From: Planctomycetia bacterium
GTDB lineage: Bacteria > Planctomycetota > MHYJ01 > WSZJ01
Length of the DNA: 64,000 nucleotides
NCBI GenBank assembly: GCA_020849035.1
Contig: JADLHC010000282.1
Coordinates: 13,957 to 77,956, forward strand
Direction of reading: 5' to 3'
The notes under the pieces were generated by a model, which searched no databases, had not been told where the DNA came from, and saw nothing but the letters and a program-made list of their open reading frames with translations. Each line of letters begins with the position of its first letter. Position 1 is the first letter of the stretch. Positions 16,528 through 26,696 of the stretch are shown in pieces. The translations under genes were made by a program, and so were the position numbers.

Positions 16528-18779
16528 TTCTCGAACACCACCAGCTTCGTCCCCTCGGCCGCCGCGAGCCTCTTCCCGTCCTCGCTCGCGGCGACGGCGG
16601 TGGCGCTCCCGGTCGTGACGGTGCCGCGCCATCTTCCGTCCCAGATCCGCACGCCCGCGCGGTCGGCGACGGCGATCGCGCCGGTGGGGAGGAAGGCGAA
16701 GCCGTCGGCGGAGAGGGACTCGGCGCGGTCGGCGTGCTCGAAGACGTCGAGGGCGGCGCCGTTGCGGAGGGTCCAGCGGTCGCCGCGCGGGGCGAAGGCG
16801 GGGGAGCCGCTGGCGCCGCGGAGGATGGTGGCGCGCAGGGCGTCGGCGAGGTCGTAGAAGCGGGCGCCGTCGGTCCATTCGAGGGCCAGGAGGGAGCCGT
16901 CGGGGGAGAAGGCGAAGGTCGGCCCGTCGGCGCCGGGGAGGGCGGCCTGCGTGGTCTGCAGCGCTGCGGTGCCGTCCTCGTTGAGGAGGCGGAACTCGCC
17001 CGACTCCGTGAGGGCCGCGAGCATGGCGCCGCCGGGGTGGAACCGGAGCCCGGCGAGCGGGCCGCGGAGGTCGACCATGGTGGTCTTGCGCTGGGAGACG
17101 ACGTCCCACAGGGCGAGCTGGCCGTTGTCGAAAGCGACCGTCTTTCCGTCCGCCGACAGCGCGATGTCGGTCGCGCGTGCGGCGCTGATGCGGAAGGGCT
17201 CGCGGTTGCGGGCGAGGTTGAAGACGACGGCCTCGCCGTCGTCGAGGACGGCGCTGGAGTCGCCTGCGAGGTCGAAGGCGTCGCAGGCGGGGAAGTCGAC
17301 GACGGGGGAGGCCTTGTTCGCGTCGAGGACGGTGAGGCCGTGGCCGTCGCGGACGACGAGCCAGCGCCCCGCGGACTTCACGGGCCGGCCGGCGCCTTTC
17401 GCGAGTTCCTTTCCGCCCGGGTCGCGCAGCGTCCACGACGTCGCGCCCCACGCGGCGACGTTTTCTCCCGCGCACATCACGCCCTGGACGGGCGCGGCCT
17501 TCGGCTCGCCGCACGAGACGTCGCTCGCGCTCGCGAACCCGTGCGCGACCGGTCGCCCTTCGCTCACGTACAGCAACGTGTCGTCCTCGAACGACGCGCA
17601 CAGGCCGGGCAGCCCCGTCGCCGGGTCGGGCGGGTCGCCGTCGACGCCCGCCATGGTGCCGTCCTCGGTGCGGATCGCGGTGCCGCGCCCCGCGGCGTCG
17701 CGCACGACGATGATCCCCTTGCCGGCGACCGCGTCCGTCGCGGCCCCCAGGCTCTCCGGCTCCGCGTCGGCGGACGCCAGCTTCCACAGCGCCCCCACGC
17801 CCGGCCCGCCGCCGACCGCCGCGCGCCCGTCGTCGCTCGCCACCAGCCAGCGGATTCCGTCCGTCCCCGGCCACCGCTTCTCCACCTTCCCCGTCTGCGC
17901 GTTCGCCAGCGCCAGCTCCCGCCCGCGCGCGACCATCAGCTTCCCGTCCCTCCGCCACGCCACCGCGTCCGCGCCGCCCGCCACGCGGCACACCTCGCGC
18001 TCGTCGTCGATCGCCCACACCGCCACCTCGTCGCCGTCCGGCACCGCCGCGCGCCGCGCCCGCGCGTCCGCCCGCGCCCCCGCGTACGGGTCCGCCCCCG
18101 GGTCCGCGTCCCGCCGCTCCCAGCGCTTCTTCCTCGTCCGTCCCCCGCCCGCCAGGTCGTACTCGTTGAGCTGAAGGGCGCTCGCGACCTCGCCGTCGCG
18201 CAACTCGCGCTCGCGGCGCACCAGGACGAGCCGCTCGCCGTCCGGGCTGAACAGCACGTCGGCGTCGCCGCCCGCGGGGAGGCTGTCGTCCAGCATCCGG
18301 CGCCCGTCCTCCACGCGCCAGACCGTGAGGACGCGGTCGTCGGTGACGGCGGCGAGGAAGCGGCCGTCGGGGCCCCACGCGAGGGAGCGGACCGGCGCGG
18401 GGCGGACCTCGATCTTGATGCGGTCCTTGCGGGTCGTGGGGTCCCAGACGATCACGGCGCCCGCGGCGTCGCCGGTGGCGACGAGCCGCGCGCCCGGGCA
18501 GCCCGCGCCGGCCGTGACGTCCGACCCGTGCGCCGCGAATTCGCCTTTCGCTTCCCCTGTCCGGAGGTCGAACACGGCGACGCCCCGTCCCGTCCCCCAC
18601 GAGAACCCGAGCCCGCCTTTCGCGATGCCGACGCCGATGGGCGCGCCCATGAACGGCTCGCACGACGAGACTTCCCGGTACCCGGAGTCCTGCGCGGCGG
18701 CGGCCAGGGCGCCGAGCGCGAGGCAGGCGGCAATGACGCAGTGTCTCACGTTCACCTTCCGGCGCCCGAGGCGCCGCAC
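16524..18779 (-). CDS. secreted WD40/beta-propeller repeat protein
   Basis: Signal peptide ...CVIAACLALGALAAAAQD. Repeated units of the form A.SPDG..LA....D..V.VWD throughout. Confidence 0.8.
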   Translation of the reverse strand: MRRLGRRKVNVRHCVIAACLALGALAAAAQDSGYREVSSCEPFMGAPIGVGIAKGGLGFSWGTGRGVAVFDLRTGEAKGEFAAHGSDVTAGAGCPGARLVATGDAAGAVIVWDPTTRKDRIKIEVRPAPVRSLAWGPDGRFLAAVTDDRVLTVWRVEDGRRMLDDSLPAGGDADVLFSPDGERLVLVRRERELRDGEVASALQLNEYDLAGGGRTRKKRWERRDADPGADPYAGARADARARRAAVPDGDEVAVWAIDDEREVCRVAGGADAVAWRRDGKLMVARGRELALANAQTGKVEKRWPGTDGIRWLVASDDGRAAVGGGPGVGALWKLASADAEPESLGAATDAVAGKGIIVVRDAAGRGTAIRTEDGTMAGVDGDPPDPATGLPGLCASFEDDTLLYVSEGRPVAHGFASASDVSCGEPKAAPVQGVMCAGENVAAWGATSWTLRDPGGKELAKGAGRPVKSAGRWLVVRDGHGLTVLDANKASPVVDFPACDAFDLAGDSSAVLDDGEAVVFNLARNREPFRISAARATDIALSADGKTVAFDNGQLALWDVVSQRKTTMVDLRGPLAGLRFHPGGAMLAALTESGEFRLLNEDGTAALQTTQAALPGADGPTFAFSPDGSLLALEWTDGARFYDLADALRATILRGASGSPAFAPRGDRWTLRNGAALDVFEHADRAESLSADGFAFLPTGAIAVADRAGVRIWDGRWRGTVTTGSATAVAASEDGKRLAAAEGTKLVVFEK

Positions 18780-18795
18780 GCCCCCTGTGGCAGGT

Positions 18796-19149
18796 CTACT
18801 TCGTCTCGACCCAGAGCTCGTCGAATTCTACACCGATGCCGAAGTCGTCCGCCTTCCCGAACCGCACGGGCCGGCAGATCGCGTTGATGCCCTGGTAGGT
18901 CTTGCCCGACATTTTGAGTTCGATGAGGAAGGGCTTGGCGGGGAAGGAGTTCTTGCCGAGCTTGAAGTCGGCGAGGAAGGCGCCCTTGAGGGAGACGTTC
19001 TTCACGTGGGCGGTGCCTTCGTCGAGCTTCTTCTTGTCGACGCCGAGGATGCGGATTTTCGCCTCGATGGCGACGTCGTTGCGCTTGTAGCGGCGGACGT
19101 CCTGGTCGAAGAGGGTCTTGAAGGTCTCGACGTTGACTTCTTTGTTCAT
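18796..19149 (-). CDS. PilZ-domain (c-di-GMP binding) protein
   Basis: 117 aa. RRYKR (RxxxR) and NVSLKG (D/NxSxxG) motifs. Confidence 0.65.
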   Translation of the reverse strand: MNKEVNVETFKTLFDQDVRRYKRNDVAIEAKIRILGVDKKKLDEGTAHVKNVSLKGAFLADFKLGKNSFPAKPFLIELKMSGKTYQGINAICRPVRFGKADDFGIGVEFDELWVETK

Positions 19150-19314
19150 CGGGCAGGGCCTCCCTCGTGGTCTGGGGGCGGTTTTACGGTATCGGGGGGA
19201 AATGTTCCACCGAAAGCTGCGGGAGGGCGAGTGCGCGGGAAGGCGGGTACGCGTGGGCGCGGGAGACAACAGGAAGACTGAACATGCGTTGCAGGCCGAT
19301 CGTCCACCATCACC

Positions 19315-19426
19315 CGCGCACCCGCCCTCCCGCGCACCCGCGTACTCGCGCACCCGCCCTCCCGCGTACTCGCGCACCCGCCTTCCCGCGCACCCGCGTC
19401 CTCGCGCACCCGCCCTCCCGCGTACC
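19315..19426. repeat. imperfect tandem repeat built on a CGCGCACCCGC core (6 copies; 16- and 8-nt units)
   Basis: CGCGCACCCGCCCTCC / CGCGCACCCGCGTACT units alternate with short CGCGTACT units. Lies between the PLP-enzyme stop (19430) and the PilZ start (19149). Confidence 0.8.
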
Positions 19427-19429
19427 CAA

Positions 19430-20734
19430 TCACGCGTGCGCGAGCGCCCGCTCGAGGTCCGACAGGATGTCGTTCACGCTCTCCAGCCCCAGCGACAGCC
19501 GCAGCCCTTCGCCCTCCAGCCCGCAGCTCCCCTGGTCCTCGTGCGACAGCGTCGCGTGCGTCATCTGCGTCGGGCTCTCGATCAGCGTCCGCGTCTGGCC
19601 CAGCGACACGGCGAGCGTGACCGCGTACGCCTGCCGCGCCACGTAGTTCAGGATGTGGTTCGCGTCGCCCTTGACCGTGAAGTACAGCATCGAGCCCGGG
19701 GCGAACGCTCCGGAATAGTCCGTCATCTGCTGCCGCGCGAGCTCGTACTGCGGGAACGACGGCAGCCCGGGGTACGCCACGCGACGCACCTTCGGGTGGC
19801 GCTCCAGGAAGTCCGCCACGCGGCGCGCGGATTCCTGCTGCTGCTTCATGCGCAGCGGCAGCGTGGGGAAGCCGTAGACGAAGATCGGCCAGGCCGACTT
19901 GGGCGCGAGGACGCCGCCGAAGTCCTTGCGGTAGAGCAGGATCTGGGACGAGTACTCCTTGCGCGTGACGACGGCACCTCCCATGTCGGTGCCGAACCCG
20001 CCCAGGTTCTTCGTCAGCGAGTGCACGACCATGTCCGCGCCCAGCGTCAGCGGGCGCTGGCAGAACGGCGTCGCGAACGTGTTGTCGATCACGATCTGCG
20101 GCCGCGGCCGCCCTTTCCGCGCCGCCGCCTCGCACGCCGCGCGGACCGCGCCGATGTCGATGAGCTCCATCGTCGGGTTCGCGGGGGACTCGAAGTACAC
20201 CGCGCGCGTCTTCGGCGTCATCGCCTTCGCGAGCGCGCCGGGCTTCGTCAGGTCCGCGATGACGACCTTGATGCCCAGGCGCGGGTACCAGTTCCTGAAG
20301 AGCGACCAGCTGCAGCCGTAGAGCGTGCGGTGGCAGACGATCTCGTCGCCGACCTGCAGGAGCACGCCGAGCGCGCCGGAGACCGCCGCCATCCCAGTCG
20401 CGAAGGCCGCGCAGAACTCGCCGCGCTCCGCCTCCGCGAGCGACTCCTCCAGCATCCCGCGCACCGGTTCGTCGAGGCGGTCGTAGATGTAGATCGGCGA
20501 CGCCTTCGACGGCTCCAGCCCCTCGTGCGCGAACGACTCGAACCCCAGCGCCCCGCGCTCCGCGCTTCCCAGCCGGTACGCCGCGCTCGAGGAGATCGGC
20601 GGCACGAGATGGTGCGTGTAGTCCCACTTCTTCGTGTGGTGCCGCCCGTGCACCAGGAACGTCTCCATCCCGTACGCCGGCCGGTGCGCCGCCGCCGGCT
20701 TCGTCGCGGCCGCCTTCCTGTTCGCCCGTTTCAT
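19430..20734 (-). CDS. Cys/Met-metabolism PLP enzyme (methionine gamma-lyase / cystathionine gamma-synthase / OAH sulfhydrylase family)
   Basis: VPPISSSAAY, YGCSWSLF, and VVHSLTKNLGG (PLP lysine). Start uncertain (MKRA at 20734 or METF at 20668). Confidence 0.85.
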   Translation of the reverse strand: MKRANRKAAATKPAAAHRPAYGMETFLVHGRHHTKKWDYTHHLVPPISSSAAYRLGSAERGALGFESFAHEGLEPSKASPIYIYDRLDEPVRGMLEESLAEAERGEFCAAFATGMAAVSGALGVLLQVGDEIVCHRTLYGCSWSLFRNWYPRLGIKVVIADLTKPGALAKAMTPKTRAVYFESPANPTMELIDIGAVRAACEAAARKGRPRPQIVIDNTFATPFCQRPLTLGADMVVHSLTKNLGGFGTDMGGAVVTRKEYSSQILLYRKDFGGVLAPKSAWPIFVYGFPTLPLRMKQQQESARRVADFLERHPKVRRVAYPGLPSFPQYELARQQMTDYSGAFAPGSMLYFTVKGDANHILNYVARQAYAVTLAVSLGQTRTLIESPTQMTHATLSHEDQGSCGLEGEGLRLSLGLESVNDILSDLERALAHA

Positions 20735-20779
20735 CGCCCCCGGCCTCGATTGCGCGGCCGGGGACGCGTGGCGCACGCC

Positions 20780-21130
20780 CTACCTGGCCGCTGGCTCCGT
20801 CTTCACCAGCTCACCGCACTCGGGCATCTTGCCCTCGCAGAAGTCGATGCACAACTTCTCTTCCTCTGCGGGCTGCGTCCATTCCTTCCCCGTGCACTGG
20901 CACTTGTACGTCGACACCTGCCCCTTCTTCGAGGGATCCACGACTTTCCGCACCGGCTTCGCCGTCTCCGCCGGCGGCTTCGCGGGCTCCTTCGGCTCTT
21001 CCTTCACCGGCTTCGGCATCGGCTGGCTGCCCTCGCCCGCCTTCGCCGGCGGGACGGGCTTCGGGTCCTCCTTCTTCGCCTCGCACCCGGCGGCCAGCGC
21101 CGCGGCGAGGACCAGCGCGAGTCTTCTCAT
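20780..21130 (-). CDS. small lipoprotein with Pro/Lys/Glu-rich linker and Cys-rich C-terminus
   Basis: MRRLALVLAAALAAGC lipobox. C-terminus is YKCQCTGKEW...LCIDFCEGKMPEC. Confidence 0.6.
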   Translation of the reverse strand: MRRLALVLAAALAAGCEAKKEDPKPVPPAKAGEGSQPMPKPVKEEPKEPAKPPAETAKPVRKVVDPSKKGQVSTYKCQCTGKEWTQPAEEEKLCIDFCEGKMPECGELVKTEPAAR

Positions 21131-21238
21131 GGCGTCTCCTTGAGGGTCCGGAAGTCTACACGGGCGGCCGCACCGCCCCAATCTCAACGTTCGGCGCGCC
21201 GGATATCATCCAGGTCCGGAAAACTCTCGGAGGGGCGG

Positions 21239-21571
21239 ATGGCCGACAAGAAGAGCTTCTCGTCGCGGCTGGGGCGGTGGGAGGTGGTGCTGGCGATGGC
21301 GTTCCTGGTGGACCTGTTCGAGGACAAGGTGCTGTTTCCGGCGCACGAGATTCCCGCGTGGGCGAAGGTCGCGATCAAGATGGCCACGATCGTCGGGATG
21401 TTCGGGATCCTGCTGACGTTCCTGAACAAGCGGATTGAAAAGGGTTTTGCGGCGGCTCGCGGGGCGGGGGAGAAGACGTTCGTGCCGGGCATCGTGATGC
21501 ACGCGGTGCTGATCGGCGCGCTTTTCACGGGGATCCACTGGCTGAAGATCGGGCGGCTGCCGTGGCAGTAG
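21239..21571 (+). CDS. small integral membrane protein, hypothetical
   Basis: 110 aa from an internal Met, with 3 hydrophobic segments. Confidence 0.5.
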   Translation: MADKKSFSSRLGRWEVVLAMAFLVDLFEDKVLFPAHEIPAWAKVAIKMATIVGMFGILLTFLNKRIEKGFAAARGAGEKTFVPGIVMHAVLIGALFTGIHWLKIGRLPWQ

Positions 21572-21592
21572 GCGTTCCGGCGGATCGCCGGC

Positions 21593-22963
21593 TCACGCCC
21601 ACCGGAATTCCGCGGTGAAGTGCCGCAGGAACCTCGATTGTTTCGTGAGGCGCACGCCCTTCACCGCCGCCGCCTTCGCCTTGAGCTCGCAGATGGCTTC
21701 GGCGGCGTAGTCGAAGTGGCTCTGGGTGTAGACGCGGCGGGGGAAGGCGAGTCGGACGAGTTCCATGGTGTGGTAGGTCTCGGTGCCGTCGTCGCGGCGC
21801 TTGCCGAACATGACGGATCCGATCTCGACGCCGCGGATGCCGCCTTCGAGGTAGAGGGCGGCGGAGAGGGCCCAGGCCGGGTAGTCCTCGGGGCGGAGGT
21901 GGGGGAGGAAGGCCTTTGCGTCGAGGTAGACGGCGTGGCCTCCGGTGGGCTCGACGATGCGGACGCCGCCGGCCTTGAGGCGTTCGCCCATGTACTCGGC
22001 GGTGCGGAGCCGGTAGCGGAGGTAGTCCTCGTGGAGGACTTCCTCGAGGCCGACGGCGAGGGCCTCGAGGTCGCGGCCGGCGAGGCCGCCGTAGGTCGGG
22101 AAGCCCTCGGTGAGGATGAGGAGGTTGCGCGCGGCCTCGACCCAGCGGTCGTCCTTGAGCGCGATGAAGCCGCCGATGTTGACGAGGCCGTCCTTCTTGG
22201 CGCTCATCGTGCAGCCGTCGCCGAGCGAGAACATCTCCTGCGCGATGCTCTCGACGGTGCGGTCCGCGTAGCCCGGCTCGCGCAGCTTGATGAACATGGC
22301 GTTCTCGGCGAAGCGGCAGACGTCGAGGACGAGGGGCTTGCCGTGGCGGCGCAGGAGTTCGGAGCAGGCGCGGAGGTTCGCCATCGAAACGGGCTGGCCG
22401 CCGCCGGAGTTGTTCGTGAGCGTCATCATCCCGAACGGCACGCGCGCGCCGTCCTTCTTCAGCAGCGCCTCGAGCCGGTCGAGGTCGATGTTTCCCTTGA
22501 ACGGGTGCGGATTCTGCGGCTCGAGCCCCTCGCGGATCACGAGGTCCACCGCCTCGACCCCGCCGAACTCGAGATTGGCGCGCGTCGTGTCGAAATGCGT
22601 GTTGTTCGGGACCAGGTCACCCTTCTTCGCCGCCACCGAGAACAGGATCCGTTCCGCCGCGCGACCCTGGTGGGTCGGGATGAGGTGCGCGTAGCCCGTG
22701 AGCTTCCGGATGACGGCCTCGAGCCGGAAGAAGCTGCGCGCGCCGGCGTAGCTCTCGTCGCCTTCCATGATCGCGCCCCACTGCTTCGCGCTCATTGCGC
22801 CGGTCCCGGAATCCGTGAGGAAATCGAGCAGCACGTCGTCCGCGCGGAGCAGGAACGGGTTGAGCTTTGCCTGAGCCAGCATCCCCTCGCGTTCGGAGCG
22901 GGTGGTCATGCGGATCGGCTCGACGGACTTGATGCGGAAGGGCTCGATGAGGGTCGTGGGCAT
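21593..22963 (-). CDS. tnaA: tryptophanase (beta-eliminating lyase family)
   Basis: EPFRIKSVEP, DLLTDSGTGAM, IPTHQGRAAE, NNSGGGQPVSMANL, RFAENAMFIK, SAKKDGLVNIGG (PLP Lys), EGFPTYGGL and LRHFTAEF. The last three motifs match TnaA rather than tyrosine phenol-lyase. Confidence 0.85.
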   Translation of the reverse strand: MPTTLIEPFRIKSVEPIRMTTRSEREGMLAQAKLNPFLLRADDVLLDFLTDSGTGAMSAKQWGAIMEGDESYAGARSFFRLEAVIRKLTGYAHLIPTHQGRAAERILFSVAAKKGDLVPNNTHFDTTRANLEFGGVEAVDLVIREGLEPQNPHPFKGNIDLDRLEALLKKDGARVPFGMMTLTNNSGGGQPVSMANLRACSELLRRHGKPLVLDVCRFAENAMFIKLREPGYADRTVESIAQEMFSLGDGCTMSAKKDGLVNIGGFIALKDDRWVEAARNLLILTEGFPTYGGLAGRDLEALAVGLEEVLHEDYLRYRLRTAEYMGERLKAGGVRIVEPTGGHAVYLDAKAFLPHLRPEDYPAWALSAALYLEGGIRGVEIGSVMFGKRRDDGTETYHTMELVRLAFPRRVYTQSHFDYAAEAICELKAKAAAVKGVRLTKQSRFLRHFTAEFRWA

Positions 22964-23038
22964 GGTGTCGCTCGCAAAGGGGGATCGGGAACGCGGGATG
23001 TTCCCCGCAGCGCGCGGAGGGGGCAAGGAAAGCGGCCG

Positions 23039-24949
23039 TCAGCGGAGGTCGAAGATCTTCACTTCGCCGGTCCGCATCCCGGCCGCGAGGCGTTTGCCGT
23101 CTGGGGAGAGAGTCACGACGGCCAGGGGGCCGGCCTCGAGTTCGCGGAGGCAGCGGCCGGTGAGCACGGACCAGAAGCGGAGCGTGCGGTGGTCGTGGGT
23201 GAGGACGAGGGTGGAGCCGGCGAAGCGCAGCCAGGTTTCGCGGGGCGCGTCGAAGGCGCGGAGTTCGCGGAGGGTGGCGCCGTCGGCGACGTGGAGCTTC
23301 ATGCGGTCCACCCAGGCGAAGATTTTTCCGTCGGGAGACCAGGCGCCGCTGCAGCCGGGGAGGCGCTGCTCGGGCGCGGGGCCGCCGGCGACGACGAGGT
23401 CGGCGCCGTCGGCGCAGCCCTCGGCGACCGCGCCGAGCGCGGCCATGGAGCCGTCGGGGTGCCAGCACGTGTCGCGCATCGCCTCGGTCTGGTCGGCCCA
23501 GGTCGTCACGGGCCCGGTCGCGAGGTCGAGCGGCACGAGGTGGCGCCCCCCGTGGAGCTGGATCGCGAGCCGGTCGCCGCGCGGCGACCGCGCGAGGGAG
23601 AAGGTGGTCCAGGGGAGGCCCTGCGTTCCCAGCGTCACGTCGCGCAGCATCGTTCCGCCGTAGAGCTCCGTCTCGTCCGCATCCCACTGGCGCACGTCCC
23701 GGCCGTCCGCCGTCACGAATTCGGCGCCCTTCTCACCGGCGCCCACCGCCATCGGCCGCGCCTTCGCGCGCTTCTCCGCCCCCTCCGGGCCGAGCAGCAG
23801 GAACTCGCGGCCGTTCGAGGCGCCGACCCAGCGGGCGTCCGGGGAGAAGGCGACGGAGACGATGCGGTCGCGCGGGCGGCCGAGGTCGAGGGTTCCGCCG
23901 GCGCGGCGGAGGCGGACGGAGAAGGGCGAGGCGACGGCGACGGGTCCGTCGGGGCCCGCGACCGCGAAGAATCCGCCGCGGCGGCCGCTCCAGGCGAAGC
24001 GGCGCAGCTCCGAGCCGTCGGAGGAGAGGACGCGGACGACGTCCGCGCACGCCACCGCGATGCACCCGCGCCCCGCCGCGACGTGCTCGAACATCTCGCC
24101 CGGAAGCGGTTCTCGGCCCGCGATGCGCAGTCCTTCCCGGCTCCACTCGGCCCGCCGCTCCGCATCGAGATACGCGATAGCTTCCCCGAATTTCCGCGGG
24201 AGGCGCGTGGTTTTCCCGAGCTGGTCCCCGGTCATCGCGTCGAACACCTGCAGGTTGCGCGACGAGTCGAGCGTCGCGAGGGCGGCGCCGCTGCCGGTCC
24301 AGGAGTAGGAGCAGACGTTGTCGGTTTCGCGGAGGACGCGCAGCTGCCGCAGCGAAGCGGCGTCGAAGACCAGGAGCCCGCCTTCCGCGCCCCGCGCGGC
24401 GATCAGCGCGCCGTCCGGGCTCCACGCAATCGCCGTCGCGCCGACTCCCTCCAGCCCCGCTTCCTTCCGCCCGGTCGCGACCTCGTAGATCGCGTCGTCC
24501 GTGCCGAGGCGTTTCCCGTCGGGCGAAAACGCCAGCCCCCACGCCGCCCCCTCGTGCGTGAACGCGCAGACGACGGCGCCGTCGGAGGTTCGGCGCACTT
24601 CCACGTCCCCGAGGTCTCCCGCGTACGCGACGAGCGAACCGTCTCGCGACATCGCCAGGCCCGCCGTCCGCCCGCCGCGCCCCTCCGCGGCCCGCTCTTC
24701 GCGAAGCGCCGTCTTCTTCGCCCTCACCTCTTCCAGGTGCGCCAGGCCCTCCTCGAGTCGCGCCTTCGCCTCGCCCTCCGCCTTCGACAACGCGGCGCGC
24801 ACCGCGGCTTCGCCGGCGTCCCCCTCGGCCTGCAGCGACTCGAGCGCGGCATCGCGTCGCCCCGGGTCGCCCAGGTCGCGGGCGAGCTTCTCGAGGTCGT
24901 CCGCCCGGGCGGGCAGGGCCAGAAGGGCTGCGACGAGAAGGAGTCTCAT
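23039..24949 (-). CDS. secreted WD40 repeat protein with N-terminal helical (HEAT-like) region
   Basis: Signal peptide MRLLLVAALLALPARA. Repeated SPDG..LA / D..VR.W units. Confidence 0.8.
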   Translation of the reverse strand: MRLLLVAALLALPARADDLEKLARDLGDPGRRDAALESLQAEGDAGEAAVRAALSKAEGEAKARLEEGLAHLEEVRAKKTALREERAAEGRGGRTAGLAMSRDGSLVAYAGDLGDVEVRRTSDGAVVCAFTHEGAAWGLAFSPDGKRLGTDDAIYEVATGRKEAGLEGVGATAIAWSPDGALIAARGAEGGLLVFDAASLRQLRVLRETDNVCSYSWTGSGAALATLDSSRNLQVFDAMTGDQLGKTTRLPRKFGEAIAYLDAERRAEWSREGLRIAGREPLPGEMFEHVAAGRGCIAVACADVVRVLSSDGSELRRFAWSGRRGGFFAVAGPDGPVAVASPFSVRLRRAGGTLDLGRPRDRIVSVAFSPDARWVGASNGREFLLLGPEGAEKRAKARPMAVGAGEKGAEFVTADGRDVRQWDADETELYGGTMLRDVTLGTQGLPWTTFSLARSPRGDRLAIQLHGGRHLVPLDLATGPVTTWADQTEAMRDTCWHPDGSMAALGAVAEGCADGADLVVAGGPAPEQRLPGCSGAWSPDGKIFAWVDRMKLHVADGATLRELRAFDAPRETWLRFAGSTLVLTHDHRTLRFWSVLTGRCLRELEAGPLAVVTLSPDGKRLAAGMRTGEVKIFDLR

Positions 24950-24986
24950 GCCGCGATCCTACACCGAAGAACGCGCATCGGAGGAC

Positions 24987-26591
24987 CTACCGCTTCGCGC
25001 GCTTCACCGCTTCCGCGGCCGCGTGCCGGACGCCGAGCGGGACGTTCGGGCTGGCGAGCCGCGCGATGGCCTCGCGCGCTTCGGCGGTTCCGATCGCCTC
25101 GAGAACTGCGAGCGTGCGGAGCAGGGCGGCGTCCTCGGGCCTGAGTTGCGCGAGCGCGCCCTCGGGCCGCGCTTCGAGGATCCGGCCGAGGCGCATCCGG
25201 ACTTCGGCGGAAGAGGTCTTGTCGAGGGCCGCCCGGAGCCGGTCCTCGGCGACGTCGGCGAGACCGTGGAGGGCGGCGGAGGCCTTCTCGCGCGTCCGGA
25301 AATCGTCGGCGTCGAGGTCCCGGATGAGGGCGTCGACGCGGTCGGTGTCGAGCTCGGCCGGGGCGGGGACATGCTCGGCGAGGAAGGGCACGACGGCGGC
25401 GCCGGCGCGGAGGAACGCGCCCATTGCGCGCGCCACGTCGCGGGGCTTCTTCGAGCCGAGCGCGGTCCACCACCGGTCCAGGTCCTCTCGGGGGGGAGGC
25501 TCTCCCGCCGCAGGCTGGGCGTCGCGTCCGGGCCACGCGATCCACGCGATGGACGGCATCGGCACCTGCGCGTAGGCGCCGGACTCCAGCACCCGGCCCT
25601 TTGCGTCGAACTCCCCGCCGCCGATGCCGCGATGGATGCGGATCTCCCACGCCTTGTCCGCGATGAAATCGCACCGTGCGACGAGGTCCGCCATCCCGTC
25701 GCCGTCCGTGTCCGCCAGGAAAGCGCTCGCGAAGAACGTGTCGGACGAGTCCGCCTCGTTTTCGGGGCGGAAGTCCACCGACTCCCTCAGCTTCTCCATC
25801 GTCCCGTCGCCGCGGTTGAACGCCACGTGGCACTGCCCCTCGTCCCCGACGTCGTCGTCCGGCGGCAGCAGCACGTCCAGGTCCCCGTCCCCGTCGAGAT
25901 CGCCGAGGACCGGCGTCGACGCGGCGTGCGGGCTCGTCAGCAGCAGCACCTTCTTCGCCTCCGCGTCCACCGTCCCGTCGCCGTGGCCCTTCAGCATGCA
26001 GAGCTGCGTCTCGAAGGACCCGCCGTAGTCGAAGCTGTGGAAGACCACGTCCGCCGCCCCGTCACCGTCCATGTCGCCGGACGTAAAGTACGCGCCGCGG
26101 CACCGCGGCACGACCGTCACCGGGTCCGTGACGAGGTCGATCCCCTTCTCCCGGTCCCAGACCGCCACCGCGCAGGAATACGACCGCTCGTCCCCCTCGC
26201 CCTGCGACTTCACGAGCAGGAAATCCGGCCGGCCGTCGCGGTTGAAGTCGCCCGACGGCTGGATCGACCAGCCCGGCTCGAACGCGTCGCTCCAGACTTC
26301 GCGCAGCGCGCCTCCCGCGGCCTCGACCAGCGACACCGCCGAGCCGCCCGGCCCGTTCCACGCGACCAGCACCTGGCTCCCCGAGACCGCCGCGAGGTGC
26401 GGCCGCCCCCCGGCGAGCGCGACGCTCCATCCGGTCGAGACCGTCCGGCCGAGCCTGCCGCCGTCGGGCCCGAGCACCTCGATCTCCGGCCCGGCGCCGC
26501 CGCGGAGCAGGACCGTCCGCGGCGCGTCCTCGGCCCGGACCAGGCGGAACGCAGAGGCGGCGATCATCGCGACGGCCAGCGTGCGGCGCAT
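24987..26591 (-). CDS. secreted FG-GAP/VCBS repeat protein with C-terminal HEAT-like domain
   Basis: GDFNRDGRPDFLL, GDMDGDGAADVV, GDLDGDGDLDVL and DTDGDGMADLV repeats. C-terminal DDFRTREKASAAL motif. Confidence 0.75.
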   Translation of the reverse strand: MRRTLAVAMIAASAFRLVRAEDAPRTVLLRGGAGPEIEVLGPDGGRLGRTVSTGWSVALAGGRPHLAAVSGSQVLVAWNGPGGSAVSLVEAAGGALREVWSDAFEPGWSIQPSGDFNRDGRPDFLLVKSQGEGDERSYSCAVAVWDREKGIDLVTDPVTVVPRCRGAYFTSGDMDGDGAADVVFHSFDYGGSFETQLCMLKGHGDGTVDAEAKKVLLLTSPHAASTPVLGDLDGDGDLDVLLPPDDDVGDEGQCHVAFNRGDGTMEKLRESVDFRPENEADSSDTFFASAFLADTDGDGMADLVARCDFIADKAWEIRIHRGIGGGEFDAKGRVLESGAYAQVPMPSIAWIAWPGRDAQPAAGEPPPREDLDRWWTALGSKKPRDVARAMGAFLRAGAAVVPFLAEHVPAPAELDTDRVDALIRDLDADDFRTREKASAALHGLADVAEDRLRAALDKTSSAEVRMRLGRILEARPEGALAQLRPEDAALLRTLAVLEAIGTAEAREAIARLASPNVPLGVRHAAAEAVKRAKR

Positions 26592-26696
26592 GCAGCCTCC
26601 CGGGGAAAGCGCCCCGCCGGAGCAAAGCAGGGCAGAAAGGACATTCTGCGGAGTGACGTGAGCACGAATCAAGGGCAACCGGGTCCGCCTGCGTCC

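Noticed and set aside
15730-18663. 977-aa minus-strand ORF.
   Set aside because: It is a chimera. Only the last 265 aa (from MTTGFP) form a real DUF1963 protein. The upstream 700 aa are an Arg/Gly-rich alternative frame of the WD40 gene (16524..18779).
19315-19426. Possible CRISPR array.
   Set aside because: The repeats are contiguous 8-16-nt units with no unique spacers, and there are no cas genes. It is a simple tandem repeat.
21620-25144. 1174-aa plus-strand ORF.
   Set aside because: It is antisense to tnaA and a WD40 gene, both of which have clear family motifs. Its composition is Gly/Ala/Arg/Glu-rich with no motif.
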